The position numbers were made by a program, and so were the translations under genes. From a virus: a stretch of 64,000 nucleotides of DNA. Shown here piece by piece: positions 39,289-49,678 of the stretch (the stretch's first letter is position 1; each line of letters begins with the position of its first letter). The notes under the pieces are model-generated. The model ran no database searches, was not told the origin of the DNA, and saw only the letters and a program-made list of their open reading frames with translations. Location: UHGV virus genome UHGV-1374678; one strand, written 5' to 3'.

Positions 39289-40500
39289 TTACGACGTAAT
39301 TTCCATCAAAAAATTGCATTCATTATTTTGAACTTTACATTTAATATTCAACAATTTTGTGAGATAACTTGAATTGTTACCAAGCTTTATTTTTATTTCA
39401 TTTATTTTTAATTGTTCTTTCCAAACAACGTAATCATTTGATGTAAAATCAACACCATCAATTTCGCATGACCAAACAGGAGAGAAATCTTCTAAAGTAT
39501 CTGTTATATCTGTATTTGAACTGTCATAGGCATGAACAGACAGAGTTCTATAACTTCCATTATTTTTTATTTGGTTAGTAGAGCATAGAATTTTGTAGGA
39601 AATGTCTGGAATCGTGGATGCAGTGTCTTTTTCTGGAATGATACTCTGAGAATAATAGTCAGCATACATTTCGTGTGTTTCCAAATTAACATAATCCGTC
39701 TCTCGGTTAAATACATCCTGGTCTAATGTAATCCTAATAATCCCCAATGGCTTTGTTCTTTCAATTTTACTTACCTGCCAAGCAAGAGGTTCTTCACAAA
39801 ATACATCCATTAAAATTCTTTGATTGTCTTTTCTTCCATTTTTATATCTTATTTTTTCTGTAATAGGATTAATTGGAAGCCATACTTTCTGAATATCATC
39901 AGGTGTTGTAAAGTAATTGTCCGTCCAACGTCCAGACGTATAGTTATTCATTGCACGAGAAACACACCACATTTGCCTTTTAATTCTTGAAGTTCCAGTG
40001 TCTTCAATCCACTGCAAAAAATAATCACAAGGAAGAATAAAATACTTAATAAATTGGTTTCCTTTTTCTCTCCAACAAATTAACCATTTTTCATATACAC
40101 CTTTATCATTTGGAATATCTATCCACATTCCAATTGGGAATTTAACGCCATAACGATTAGCAACATCAGTCTGATAATAATATAAAGAATCACCCTCTAA
40201 AAAAGTATCCTTCTGACTTGGACGAAACATCAAGTGGTATGACACTTGGTCTTTAGATATCGAACCATATTCAGACACAATAAATTTTGCGTCGATTGGT
40301 GTTTTTGTTGTATTTTCATACATCATATTTGAAGCTAGTTCTGGATGATCATCGTGAAAATAATCATAAATATAACAACGTTTTGACTGCGGATCATTCC
40401 ACCAAGTTTCTTCCATTGCATAATCTGATATCTCTTTAATTTGTTGTCCGACTGTTCCATAATGTGCATATCTTTTTTTCATATCAGCAAAAGAAGGCAT
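39289..40500 (-). CDS. Hypothetical structural protein (403 aa)
   Basis: ORF in the morphogenesis block. Confidence 0.4.
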   Translation of the reverse strand: MPSFADMKKRYAHYGTVGQQIKEISDYAMEETWWNDPQSKRCYIYDYFHDDHPELASNMMYENTTKTPIDAKFIVSEYGSISKDQVSYHLMFRPSQKDTFLEGDSLYYYQTDVANRYGVKFPIGMWIDIPNDKGVYEKWLICWREKGNQFIKYFILPCDYFLQWIEDTGTSRIKRQMWCVSRAMNNYTSGRWTDNYFTTPDDIQKVWLPINPITEKIRYKNGRKDNQRILMDVFCEEPLAWQVSKIERTKPLGIIRITLDQDVFNRETDYVNLETHEMYADYYSQSIIPEKDTASTIPDISYKILCSTNQIKNNGSYRTLSVHAYDSSNTDITDTLEDFSPVWSCEIDGVDFTSNDYVVWKEQLKINEIKIKLGNNSSYLTKLLNIKCKVQNNECNFLMEITS

Positions 40501-40833
40501 TTAATCAACCTCCTTTATTTTTAATACTTCAGCACCAGCGTCAAGCACTAATTTTCGATATACTTCATATTGAAAACACTGACTGTTATATTGATTTTGA
40601 GCAGCCTTTAATAAACACATAACTTCTACAATTTCCTGTGGAAAAAATAGAAGAGTGTTAAATCCGTCAAGTTTGTACAATAAACAATCGAACGCTTTAT
40701 TTACGTCAACGTTAACATAATCACTTGCCGTGTTTGGATCAACACATAGCAATAAGAAATATATTGATCTGCGTAATTTGTTTTTGGTTTTAATTATTTG
40801 TCGTTTGGAAAATTCTCCGTAAAGGTGTTTCAT
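40501..40833 (-). CDS. Neck module protein (110 aa)
   Basis: ORF with stop/start overlap. Confidence 0.35.
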   Translation of the reverse strand: MKHLYGEFSKRQIIKTKNKLRRSIYFLLLCVDPNTASDYVNVDVNKAFDCLLYKLDGFNTLLFFPQEIVEVMCLLKAAQNQYNSQCFQYEVYRKLVLDAGAEVLKIKEVD

Positions 40834-41288
40834 TATTCACCTCCGGATAAATAAGAATTATATTCGTAACCATAATCACGAATATATTTTTTTAGATTAA
40901 TTTCTAGTGAATCAAGTCGTTCTATATTCGACTTGTAATTTGACTGTATTTTTTTTTCTTCTTTTCCACCAATAATATTTGCAAGATTAATAACATTGTC
41001 AATCTGCGGTTTTTGCCATTGGATAACCATTTGTTGGGCAAATACACTCAAAACAAATTCTTTGTCAGAATCTTCATCAATAGAATTTTCTAATTCAAAT
41101 GTCAATTCTTCCATTTCATCATCCAACGTTATAGAAGAAAAAATCTTTCTAATACATGGAATAGAAATTGCATCATGTATCCAACCACTCATTAAATTAT
41201 AAGCAAAATCTTCATCCTGCTTATAAAAAGATGGATCAGTCATCAGTCTATAAAAACGACTATATATTTCTTCATAATCGCAGGTCAT
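40833..41288 (-). CDS. Neck module protein (151 aa)
   Basis: ORF with stop/start overlap. Confidence 0.35.
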   Translation of the reverse strand: MTCDYEEIYSRFYRLMTDPSFYKQDEDFAYNLMSGWIHDAISIPCIRKIFSSITLDDEMEELTFELENSIDEDSDKEFVLSVFAQQMVIQWQKPQIDNVINLANIIGGKEEKKIQSNYKSNIERLDSLEINLKKYIRDYGYEYNSYLSGGE

Positions 41289-41309
41289 ATTTCACCTCCG
41301 ATCACTTAT

Positions 41310-41966
41310 TTACATTTTAAGGTCAAAGCGAGTACCGCAAATGTCATCAATGATTTTCGCTTTGTTATACTGTTCAAAAGTTCCGTTTTCAATCTGTGTA
41401 GCATACATAGAAATAATTGTCTCTTTCGCAACAGATGGTAGCTGCTGAAATGCAATCCTGAAATCAGAAGTTGAAAGACTCATAATCTTTTTAATATCAT
41501 TTTCATCAAACATATTCTCATAAAGATTTTTGATCTCATACCAATGTTCATCATTGACTAAATTTTCATCATCAATAATTACATCAGGATTAAAGAGAGA
41601 ATCAGTATGTTCAAGCATCGCTGCCTTTAAATCCTGATATTCAATATTTCTACGATCACCCGCTCCAACAAATTTATATGTCATTCCGGTATGTTTTCCA
41701 TAAAAATGAAGAACGCCAGGAAAAACAGAATGACACGGAATCATTTCATCCGGACGATAATCACTATCTTTGCGGATAGATTTCTTTTCTTTTTCTTCCT
41801 GCTCTTTTTTAGTTTTTTCTTCGTCAATCTTCAGAATAACATTGTTAATCTGCTCATCTGTTAAATTGGACACTGGTGCAATTTTTTTGTCAGAACCATC
41901 ATTAAGGATATCTGTAATTACGGAACTTTTTACACCAAGCTCTTTTCCTAACTCATATACTTTCAT
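41310..41966 (-). CDS. Phage protein with IF2-N-like N-terminal domain (218 aa)
   Basis: MKVYELGKELGVKSSVITDILN resembles the IF-2 N-terminal-type domain that recurs in phage morphogenesis proteins. Confidence 0.4.
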   Translation of the reverse strand: MKVYELGKELGVKSSVITDILNDGSDKKIAPVSNLTDEQINNVILKIDEEKTKKEQEEKEKKSIRKDSDYRPDEMIPCHSVFPGVLHFYGKHTGMTYKFVGAGDRRNIEYQDLKAAMLEHTDSLFNPDVIIDDENLVNDEHWYEIKNLYENMFDENDIKKIMSLSTSDFRIAFQQLPSVAKETIISMYATQIENGTFEQYNKAKIIDDICGTRFDLKM

Positions 41967-42033
41967 TTCATTATCCTTTCACTCATAAAAATAGGAGAGC
42001 AACAATAAGCTCCCCTATTAACATTAAATTTAA

Positions 42034-43143
42034 TTATGACTGGAATGTCCAAACTCCAAATCTGCGATTTGTAACAGTCTCTACACCCATGCAAGACTTG
42101 AACTCGTATTCCTTTGTGTCGTCAGCATTGTCGCCAATCTCTGAACGCTCAACAATTTCGTCTGCACCTTCATAATAGAATTTAACGAACTTATCAATGT
42201 TACCCGGCATGATGATAACCTTTGTATCATCTTCAAGGTAGCTTGTCTCGTCGTTGTAATCAAATGGATTTGGAAGTTCAACAATTGTTGTTCCTTCAAA
42301 CGTTCCAATACGACCAAACTTATATACATCATTCTTTGCTTCCTCAGAAATCCAATTAACATCAGCAAAGCCAGTAAGTTCACCAAGCCCAACTTCTGTT
42401 CCCATGATTACAACATCAGATCCATTTGCCCGCTTAACGTCAGAAATCAGACCCTTGAATGATTTCTTGTTTGCTGCATTTGCAAGACCTTTCTGGTTCC
42501 ATTTGGACTGTACCGGAAGGCTCTTAACCGCACCCATAACCTGATCATGAATCATTCTGTTTACATGAATTGTAAATGCCCGTGAAATTGCATCAATCAG
42601 TTCGTTCCAGTCTTCAACACCCTGAAGGAATCTTGTCATCTCCATGTATACAGCAGCACCGTAGTAAGCTGTTGATACAGATCTTTCTGTTCCTTTTCCG
42701 AGTCTCTGACGCTCAACATTGTGATGTCCAGCAGAAATCTTAGATACATTAAGGATCAGATTGTCTGCTTTAATATAGAAAGAGTTCTTCTGTCCGAGAA
42801 CTGCTGTCTTAAAATCAACATACTTATTGAACCAAGGATCATTTGTCCATCCTGTAATAAGTGTCTGGTCAAGTGTCTCCTCAAGAATCTCAAATACAGC
42901 TTCTCTAATTGCTGTCTTCTTGAAAGCTTTTTTGATATGACGCTCCGTTGGATTCTCCGGAAGTCCCATTACTTCTTTAATTTTTTCTCTAATTACAGTA
43001 TTAGCCTGTGCAACAGTCTGTCCCTGAAGCTGATTTTTATATGTATCAATACATACCTTTCCAAAAGTATGAACATCTTTCAGGTCTTTAAAATGTGCCT
43101 GTACACCTTCACTGTATTCACTAAAATATAATTTTCTAGACAT
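42034..43143 (-). CDS. Major capsid protein candidate (369 aa)
   Basis: Size and position downstream of the scaffold-like genes. Confidence 0.45.
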   Translation of the reverse strand: MSRKLYFSEYSEGVQAHFKDLKDVHTFGKVCIDTYKNQLQGQTVAQANTVIREKIKEVMGLPENPTERHIKKAFKKTAIREAVFEILEETLDQTLITGWTNDPWFNKYVDFKTAVLGQKNSFYIKADNLILNVSKISAGHHNVERQRLGKGTERSVSTAYYGAAVYMEMTRFLQGVEDWNELIDAISRAFTIHVNRMIHDQVMGAVKSLPVQSKWNQKGLANAANKKSFKGLISDVKRANGSDVVIMGTEVGLGELTGFADVNWISEEAKNDVYKFGRIGTFEGTTIVELPNPFDYNDETSYLEDDTKVIIMPGNIDKFVKFYYEGADEIVERSEIGDNADDTKEYEFKSCMGVETVTNRRFGVWTFQS

Positions 43144-43163
43144 AATATATATTACCTCCCCTC

Positions 43164-43697
43164 TTAGACTGCTTTATTCTGCTTAACGAAAATATCAAAA
43201 GTTCCATTTGCATTAACTTTTAAAATATATCCAATAAAACCTGCCTCTGTAGCAGTTGGTGCAGTTGTATCGGTTGTAAGCTTATAAGAATCAGCTTTTA
43301 CCTTCACATATGCACCTTTCTTTGGCTCTGCATCAGTATCAAAAGCGTCTTTGCTAAGAGAAAATCTATCTCCCTCATAAACTTCATAACATCTCATTAC
43401 TTCGCCAGCTGCATTATAGAAATTGCTCTCATCCTGCATAAGCTTTGTATATTCTGGATAAATTTTCGGCACTGTAAGAACCAGTACAATCTTATCCTTT
43501 ACCCCTGCCTTTACAGCTTCGAAATAATCATTCTCTTTCCATTTCTCCGGTGTAGGATTCTGAAGAACACTTCCATTGTCAATGTCTTCTGTGCCTACAA
43601 CGTTATAAAAATGTCCACCACTTTTTGTAGCCAGCATAAGAGTTGACTCTGCAACACCGTGACCACCGTATTCAAATTTGTCAAAAATACTTGCCAT
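43164..43697 (-). CDS. Head decoration/scaffold-associated protein candidate (177 aa)
   Basis: ORF between the 530-aa gene and the capsid gene. Confidence 0.3.
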   Translation of the reverse strand: MASIFDKFEYGGHGVAESTLMLATKSGGHFYNVVGTEDIDNGSVLQNPTPEKWKENDYFEAVKAGVKDKIVLVLTVPKIYPEYTKLMQDESNFYNAAGEVMRCYEVYEGDRFSLSKDAFDTDAEPKKGAYVKVKADSYKLTTDTTAPTATEAGFIGYILKVNANGTFDIFVKQNKAV

Positions 43698-43770
43698 TAT
43701 TTGATTCCTCCTTAAAAAAATTTAATAAAAAAAAGAACCTATATTCAGGTTCTAAATCTGTTTGTTTTTA

Positions 43771-45363
43771 TTAATGCGTTGATTTAAAATAATCACCATA
43801 AATGCTATCTTCAGCAGAGTCAGCATCGGTAAAGATTGCTACAGAATTTTTACGTTTCTTTGTAACATTTACATTGTTGTCTGCCGCAAAAGTAGTCTTC
43901 TTCTTTGCCTTACAGATACGTCCAAAAGCTGCATCAGCCTTTTCTTTCAATTCTTCCTTGGAATATTTCTTGAGAGTTTCTTTAGACATAAGAGATTTAA
44001 ATTCTTCTGTCTCCAGACAGTCTGCATAATCTTCATCATCAAATATTGTAATTTTATCTGCAAGTTCCTCTGCCTCTTCGTATTTTGCCAGTTTTTCTGT
44101 AATAGAAGAGTAGTTGACTCTCATTGTCTGAAGTTCCGCATATTCTTCCTCTGTCAAATATTCTTTGACGAGAACATATCTTTCTCCGTCGAATGTAACT
44201 ACGTTATCATTATCTACAGTATATTTCTGACCGTAGATTTTTCCGCCATCCCAATTTTCATAAACAAAATAAGAATCATATACATTTGTAATGTAATACC
44301 AGTCATTATCATTTTCTTCAACTGCTGACAAAAGATTGTATAAAGCGTATTTGATGTCTTCATGACTAACTTCAAAAGTTCTCACCATATTTTCAAACTG
44401 TTCTGTTACGTCACCGTCTGTATCACCATCTTCACTGGATTTAGGTTCAGAATTATCAGTGGAGGATTCCTCAACTGTTTCCTCGGACTCTTCTTCTGGA
44501 TTAGTTACTTCCTCTTCAGACTCTTCTGTGTCAGTTACCTCCTCAGTAGTAACTTCCTCTTCAAAGTTTTCTTTATTCAATTCGGTTCCTCCTTTCATAT
44601 AATTTTCTTTTTCTATATTGAAACAAGTTGCCTCTAATTTTTTGAGCCTTTCTTGCATTTCAATTAATTGTTCTGAATAATCAATAGTTTCTCGCTTGCT
44701 AAAATCTGCTATATCAAGTCTGCTTCCAAGCATTCCTTCCCCTATAGCTTCTCCTAACAAAGTAATTCCTGTGAACGAAAAATCATTAATAACAAGAACT
44801 TTGTCTTTTGCAGACCATGCCATATCATAGATTTCAAGCTCTACAGAAACTTTTGTCCCATTTTTTCTTTTAATTATGTCAGAAGTTTCATTTCCGTAAT
44901 AATTAAAAATATATCCGTCAACGATTGTATATGTCTTATCTTGATCTTCGTCATATTCTAAATGGATGTTATTTGTTTCAGGAATAATTCCAACTGGCTT
45001 TTCTATATAATGAGTGTATTCTTCTCCATTTTCATCTGATTCGAGAGTAAACGAATGACTGCCAAAATCTTTCTCTCCATTTTCACCATCAATAATTTCC
45101 GCCAGAATTGGTTTATTTGAAAATGTTGGGAATGCTTTTTTCATTACTTCTTCTGTAATTTTCGAATTATTTCTATTAACTCCACAATGACATGCTTTTA
45201 AAGTAACAGACATAAGAGATGGATCAGAATTCTCAGAATAAGAGATATTTCCGAATGTATTTACAACAATTGGTTTTCCAGTTTCTTTTGAACTAAAATG
45301 TGATAATTTATTTTTTTTACAATAATCAATAAGACTATCTATAGTTAATATTCGATTGTCCAT
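43771..45363 (-). CDS. Head morphogenesis / scaffold-like protein (530 aa) with extremely acidic central region
   Basis: EEEVTTEEVTDTEESEEEVTNPEEESEETVEESSTDNSEPKSSEDGD acidic tract. Position after the portal. Confidence 0.4.
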   Translation of the reverse strand: MDNRILTIDSLIDYCKKNKLSHFSSKETGKPIVVNTFGNISYSENSDPSLMSVTLKACHCGVNRNNSKITEEVMKKAFPTFSNKPILAEIIDGENGEKDFGSHSFTLESDENGEEYTHYIEKPVGIIPETNNIHLEYDEDQDKTYTIVDGYIFNYYGNETSDIIKRKNGTKVSVELEIYDMAWSAKDKVLVINDFSFTGITLLGEAIGEGMLGSRLDIADFSKRETIDYSEQLIEMQERLKKLEATCFNIEKENYMKGGTELNKENFEEEVTTEEVTDTEESEEEVTNPEEESEETVEESSTDNSEPKSSEDGDTDGDVTEQFENMVRTFEVSHEDIKYALYNLLSAVEENDNDWYYITNVYDSYFVYENWDGGKIYGQKYTVDNDNVVTFDGERYVLVKEYLTEEEYAELQTMRVNYSSITEKLAKYEEAEELADKITIFDDEDYADCLETEEFKSLMSKETLKKYSKEELKEKADAAFGRICKAKKKTTFAADNNVNVTKKRKNSVAIFTDADSAEDSIYGDYFKSTH

Positions 45364-45861
45364 TTTTGTATATCAGTACCTCCCTTCTTTACAAAATAAA
45401 ACATCCAATGTTTAAAACATCGGATGTTATCTACAATAATTTTTATCATTTATAGTATTTATAAGAAGATATATGTAACCCTCATACATACCTGTTTCTT
45501 TATTAAAACTCACGAATTCCTCCTTTTATGGAGGTAGAGATAGGAGAGTGTGAAAACCGTCCTATATAACTCTTTATCAGATTGTCCATCTGACCTTATT
45601 TCTATATTCTCTAAATTTTGGTATAAAAATAAGCATAAGAAAAGAGTTGCATATTAATTTGCAACCCTTAGATAAACAATATATTGCTATACTGAATATT
45701 TTTTAAATCAATTTCATCTGAGAATTTGATCTTATTTGTATTTAGAAAAGTAAAAAAACCATTTGTGTCATCAACCAGTTGAAAGCCCAATTTCATGAGC
45801 GTTTCAGCAGTCTTTTTATCTATGACTTTTATAAATCTCTTGTTCATAAAATCAGTCCTTT

Positions 45862-47535
45862 CTACATATCATTTTTCCCATTTTCTCTACTCGAACTTCC
45901 TTCGTCTGTCAATTCAGTAGCATCTTTTGTTGGTGCTCCACCGTCAGAAGAAGATGACGACTGAGTATAACTTGTATTTAAAGGTGTCATTAACTCGTTA
46001 ATTCCTAAAGCCGATTCTAGATATAATGACGAAATAAACTCCAACTGACTTTCTCCGTCAAGAATCGCAATCTTCATTTTATTCATCCCGTTCTGTGCGG
46101 ATTCAAGGTATTCTTTTCTTTTGGATTTTCTGGTGTACGGACATACACCTTTAAGATATTTAATTCGAGCATGATCATTTCCAATGGTGTAATCGAAATA
46201 CAAATTGAGATATCTATTTAACTGGGGAACGATTGTTCCATGAGCCAGTTCCATATCTGCAATGATTTGAGCTTCGTAGATGGTCGATCCGGTTTTATCA
46301 TTATCAAGGATAACTCCACCAACCCGTTTAAAAAGATTAGACAATGAACTTGAAATCATATCTGTATCATCTGTTGTGTTCAAATCTTTAAATTCTACAG
46401 CTTCGATAGGAATAGGAGATAAACATGCATTTACACATTCCGGAAGTGCAGCTACGAATTTATTATAATATTTAAGTGCAGTCTGCGGATCAACTTCGAA
46501 ATCATCTGGGGATTTTGCTCCTGTTAATGGCTTTAATCTTGCAACAAGCAGTTTATAAGCACTCAGTTCATCTTTCGCAGTCTTAATTGATTGAAGGTCT
46601 ATATTTGAAATAATTGACTCAAATAAGCTTGCAAACGGTGGATAGTCCATTGTTGCATCGTCTGCATTTACTTTTAAACATATTTGTCTTTCAGGATCAA
46701 GTTCCTGCCATCTAAGAGACGAATCATTCTCATAAGCTTCATATTTCTCTTTGAATTCACTATCCCAATAGTCCAAATATGTACTATGTGATCTGAAATA
46801 ACTAAAATCGAATGCAAACCGAAAAACACCTTCTTCAATTGAAGATACTCTGCAATAATCTCCATCAAGAATCTGATAAAAACATGTTCCGCCTTCCTGA
46901 TCGGAATCATCATACACATACCCATATACTGTATCTTCACGCCACGCAACTATTAGCAGTTTTGTAAGCTCATTTTCAAAATTCATTCTCTGCCATTTTG
47001 AAAGTGTTGTATACCAATTTTTTATTAATTTATTTTCATTAATCTTTTTTGTCGGATCAACTAACGGGACTATATTAAAAACATCCCCACATACCATAGT
47101 TGCATAAAAATAGCAGATTCTTTTATATTCGTAACATAAACGATATAAATATCTGCTTAAATTTCTAATCTGTGATTCATAGTTTTTGGGAGATTTAAGA
47201 TATGTACGAAGTGTATCTCTCGAATAAGTTTGGAATGTTCTACTTTCTGTTTTTGAAAGGTCAACAAGTTGCAATGCATCAATCATTGCCTGTGTTGTGG
47301 CGAACATTTCATTCACTTGTTCTTGTTTTGTAAGATATTCTGAAACCTGTTTTACTGTTTTGTCTCCAGACGGAGTTGAAATGGATGGTTTTACGTTATT
47401 TTTTTTCTTTCCATTTAATAAAAGCTTATCTACTTTATCCATTTTTTTTGACTTGGATAAATTTGTGACAGTAGATTGAGCAGGTGTACCGTCCAACACC
47501 TTTGGTTTATTTTTGCTACCTTTAGGTCTACCCAA
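45862..47535 (-). CDS. Portal protein candidate (557 aa)
   Basis: Immediately downstream of the terminase large subunit. Size typical of a portal. Confidence 0.5.
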   Translation of the reverse strand: MGRPKGSKNKPKVLDGTPAQSTVTNLSKSKKMDKVDKLLLNGKKKNNVKPSISTPSGDKTVKQVSEYLTKQEQVNEMFATTQAMIDALQLVDLSKTESRTFQTYSRDTLRTYLKSPKNYESQIRNLSRYLYRLCYEYKRICYFYATMVCGDVFNIVPLVDPTKKINENKLIKNWYTTLSKWQRMNFENELTKLLIVAWREDTVYGYVYDDSDQEGGTCFYQILDGDYCRVSSIEEGVFRFAFDFSYFRSHSTYLDYWDSEFKEKYEAYENDSSLRWQELDPERQICLKVNADDATMDYPPFASLFESIISNIDLQSIKTAKDELSAYKLLVARLKPLTGAKSPDDFEVDPQTALKYYNKFVAALPECVNACLSPIPIEAVEFKDLNTTDDTDMISSSLSNLFKRVGGVILDNDKTGSTIYEAQIIADMELAHGTIVPQLNRYLNLYFDYTIGNDHARIKYLKGVCPYTRKSKRKEYLESAQNGMNKMKIAILDGESQLEFISSLYLESALGINELMTPLNTSYTQSSSSSDGGAPTKDATELTDEGSSSRENGKNDM

Positions 47536-47644
47536 TTTTTGCGTACACCTGCCTTTCTATGATTAATTTTATAATTTTAAGATGTTTGTGATTTCTATGA
47601 TTTTTTGAAATAAGAATATTAATTAAGAACATTCAGAAAAAATG

Positions 47645-49678
47645 CTAGGAAAAATAAGAATGTCTGGTTGCAGATTTAATTGGAAGCATATCAACTAGAG
47701 AAGAAGAGGAGTAGGTTTTTTGTTTTTTGTTTCTTACATGTTCTAGCCTCTTTTCCGATGTGTACCAGCCAAGCATGGCGAGCACATACGCTCTATCGTC
47801 GTGCATCGTCGCTTCAGAATTTCCAGTGTCTGCATCTTTGTGTGCTGGAAGTTTGAAGCTATCTTTTCCACCTTCTCTTTTTGTTCTACAAATATTTACG
47901 ATTTCTTCCTTCATTGCATCTATTTGAATTAAAGCAACTTCTTCATCCAATGATAATTTATACATTGTAGTTTTTGCCGATTCTATTTCTGATAATCGCT
48001 CTTCAAGTTTCTCTTCATATTCGCTAATATCAAGATCCATTTTATCTAATTCAGATCTAATTTTTTCTTCTGAATCTTTCATAAGATTGTTATCAACTTC
48101 AAGGATATTTAAGTATCCTTTTCCATCATATTTTTCTGTAAAATGTATTTTATCAGCTTCAACCATTTTTATTAATGCTTCAAACATTTCAGCTTTATAT
48201 TTACTTGGCTCAATCAGTTTCAACTTATCTATTGCATCTGGATATCGTCTAGCATAAACATCTCCATTTGCATATTCCTTATCAATTAGACCATGGTGAA
48301 TTTTTCCAGTTTTGTCTGTCCATTCTTCGATAAGACTATCTCGAACCCATGAATTTCCGCCACCGCCTGAACCTGCATCTGCTAAGACAATTTCAATATT
48401 TTCATAATCTAAAGCATCTCCATTATAATCTAACAACGCTTGTCTTAATTCACGTATTTGATCTTGGGTCATCATAGGAGTTTTCCTCCTCAAACCCAAG
48501 TCTGCGAAAGATATTACATTCACAATATCCATCGTATAGCCGTCCTGTTCATTATATAATAATTCTCCGATTCCAAGAATACTATTATCTGTTGATCTTG
48601 CCGGGTCATAAGCCAATACAAATTTCCTTGTATTTGTATCATTATAAAGGACAGGTGGTTTATTAAATGAATTTCTAACGATTAATGCACGTTTTATAAT
48701 TTGTCCAACGCCACCGTCTTGTGTAAATTGATTATAGTATTCTCGCATTGCTTTTTCTGGATTATTTCTGATTTCATTTTCAATGGTTTCTCTATTAAGA
48801 AGAGAAGCAGGATATGGTTTCCCATGAAAAGTTGTGTTGATTACGATGTCACAATTTAAATCTGCGACAAAGTATCTTGGGTCGCCCAGCAACATTTTTT
48901 TAGAAAAATCACGATATTTTTGATAAAATGCGGTGTCAATAGATGAGGCAGAAGATGCATATAATAATTGATGTGGAAATTCTTTTGGAACAGTTGCAAC
49001 GTCAATATTTCCACCAAGTTTAAAGTCTGCACTCTGAGTTGTAAATGCTCCGATAACATTGAATTCTTCTTCTGATAACCAGCCTCCTTCATCGAAATAC
49101 ACGGCTTCTGCACGTTTTCCTCTTTTTGCGTTAATATTGCTATTTAAAGTTTTTACAAAGCTACCGTTGTAAAGCTTATATGTAAATCCCATGGGATTAT
49201 GGATAAAACCAGACGAATTCGCTTGGGAAACTTCAACTTCATTTCTAAAAACATCAGTTAATCCCGTCATAGATTCGATGTTTTTCATTGCAATATCTTC
49301 AATTTTTCTAAAGGTCTCTTGAGATTGATCTGCCGTACCAGAACAAATATAAATACGATAATTATTATGTAGAAGTCCTCGAAGCATAGCATATAACGCT
49401 AATTTGGTTGTCTTTCCTGCATTTCGACTTTCCAACCATAAAACATATGGTCTTGTCCAACTCATCATAAAAGTATATTCCTGAGAATCAAGCAAATCAA
49501 CACCAACAAATTGAGACAAAAATTTAGTAGGATATCTTAATCCCCATTGCTTTATTTCTGCTAATTTTTGATAACTTTCTAATTTTCTTTGTGAAATTTC
49601 TCGTTCTGTTGGTTTGACATAAACTTCATAATTTTGTGGAAGAAAAATTCCAGAGGATGTCTTAATCATTTGCATCAC
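47645..49678 (-). CDS. Terminase large subunit (677 aa)
   Basis: Walker A SRNAGKTTKLALYAM near the N-terminus. C-terminal nuclease-type acidic motifs. Confidence 0.75.
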   Translation of the reverse strand: MMQMIKTSSGIFLPQNYEVYVKPTEREISQRKLESYQKLAEIKQWGLRYPTKFLSQFVGVDLLDSQEYTFMMSWTRPYVLWLESRNAGKTTKLALYAMLRGLLHNNYRIYICSGTADQSQETFRKIEDIAMKNIESMTGLTDVFRNEVEVSQANSSGFIHNPMGFTYKLYNGSFVKTLNSNINAKRGKRAEAVYFDEGGWLSEEEFNVIGAFTTQSADFKLGGNIDVATVPKEFPHQLLYASSASSIDTAFYQKYRDFSKKMLLGDPRYFVADLNCDIVINTTFHGKPYPASLLNRETIENEIRNNPEKAMREYYNQFTQDGGVGQIIKRALIVRNSFNKPPVLYNDTNTRKFVLAYDPARSTDNSILGIGELLYNEQDGYTMDIVNVISFADLGLRRKTPMMTQDQIRELRQALLDYNGDALDYENIEIVLADAGSGGGGNSWVRDSLIEEWTDKTGKIHHGLIDKEYANGDVYARRYPDAIDKLKLIEPSKYKAEMFEALIKMVEADKIHFTEKYDGKGYLNILEVDNNLMKDSEEKIRSELDKMDLDISEYEEKLEERLSEIESAKTTMYKLSLDEEVALIQIDAMKEEIVNICRTKREGGKDSFKLPAHKDADTGNSEATMHDDRAYVLAMLGWYTSEKRLEHVRNKKQKTYSSSSLVDMLPIKSATRHSYFS

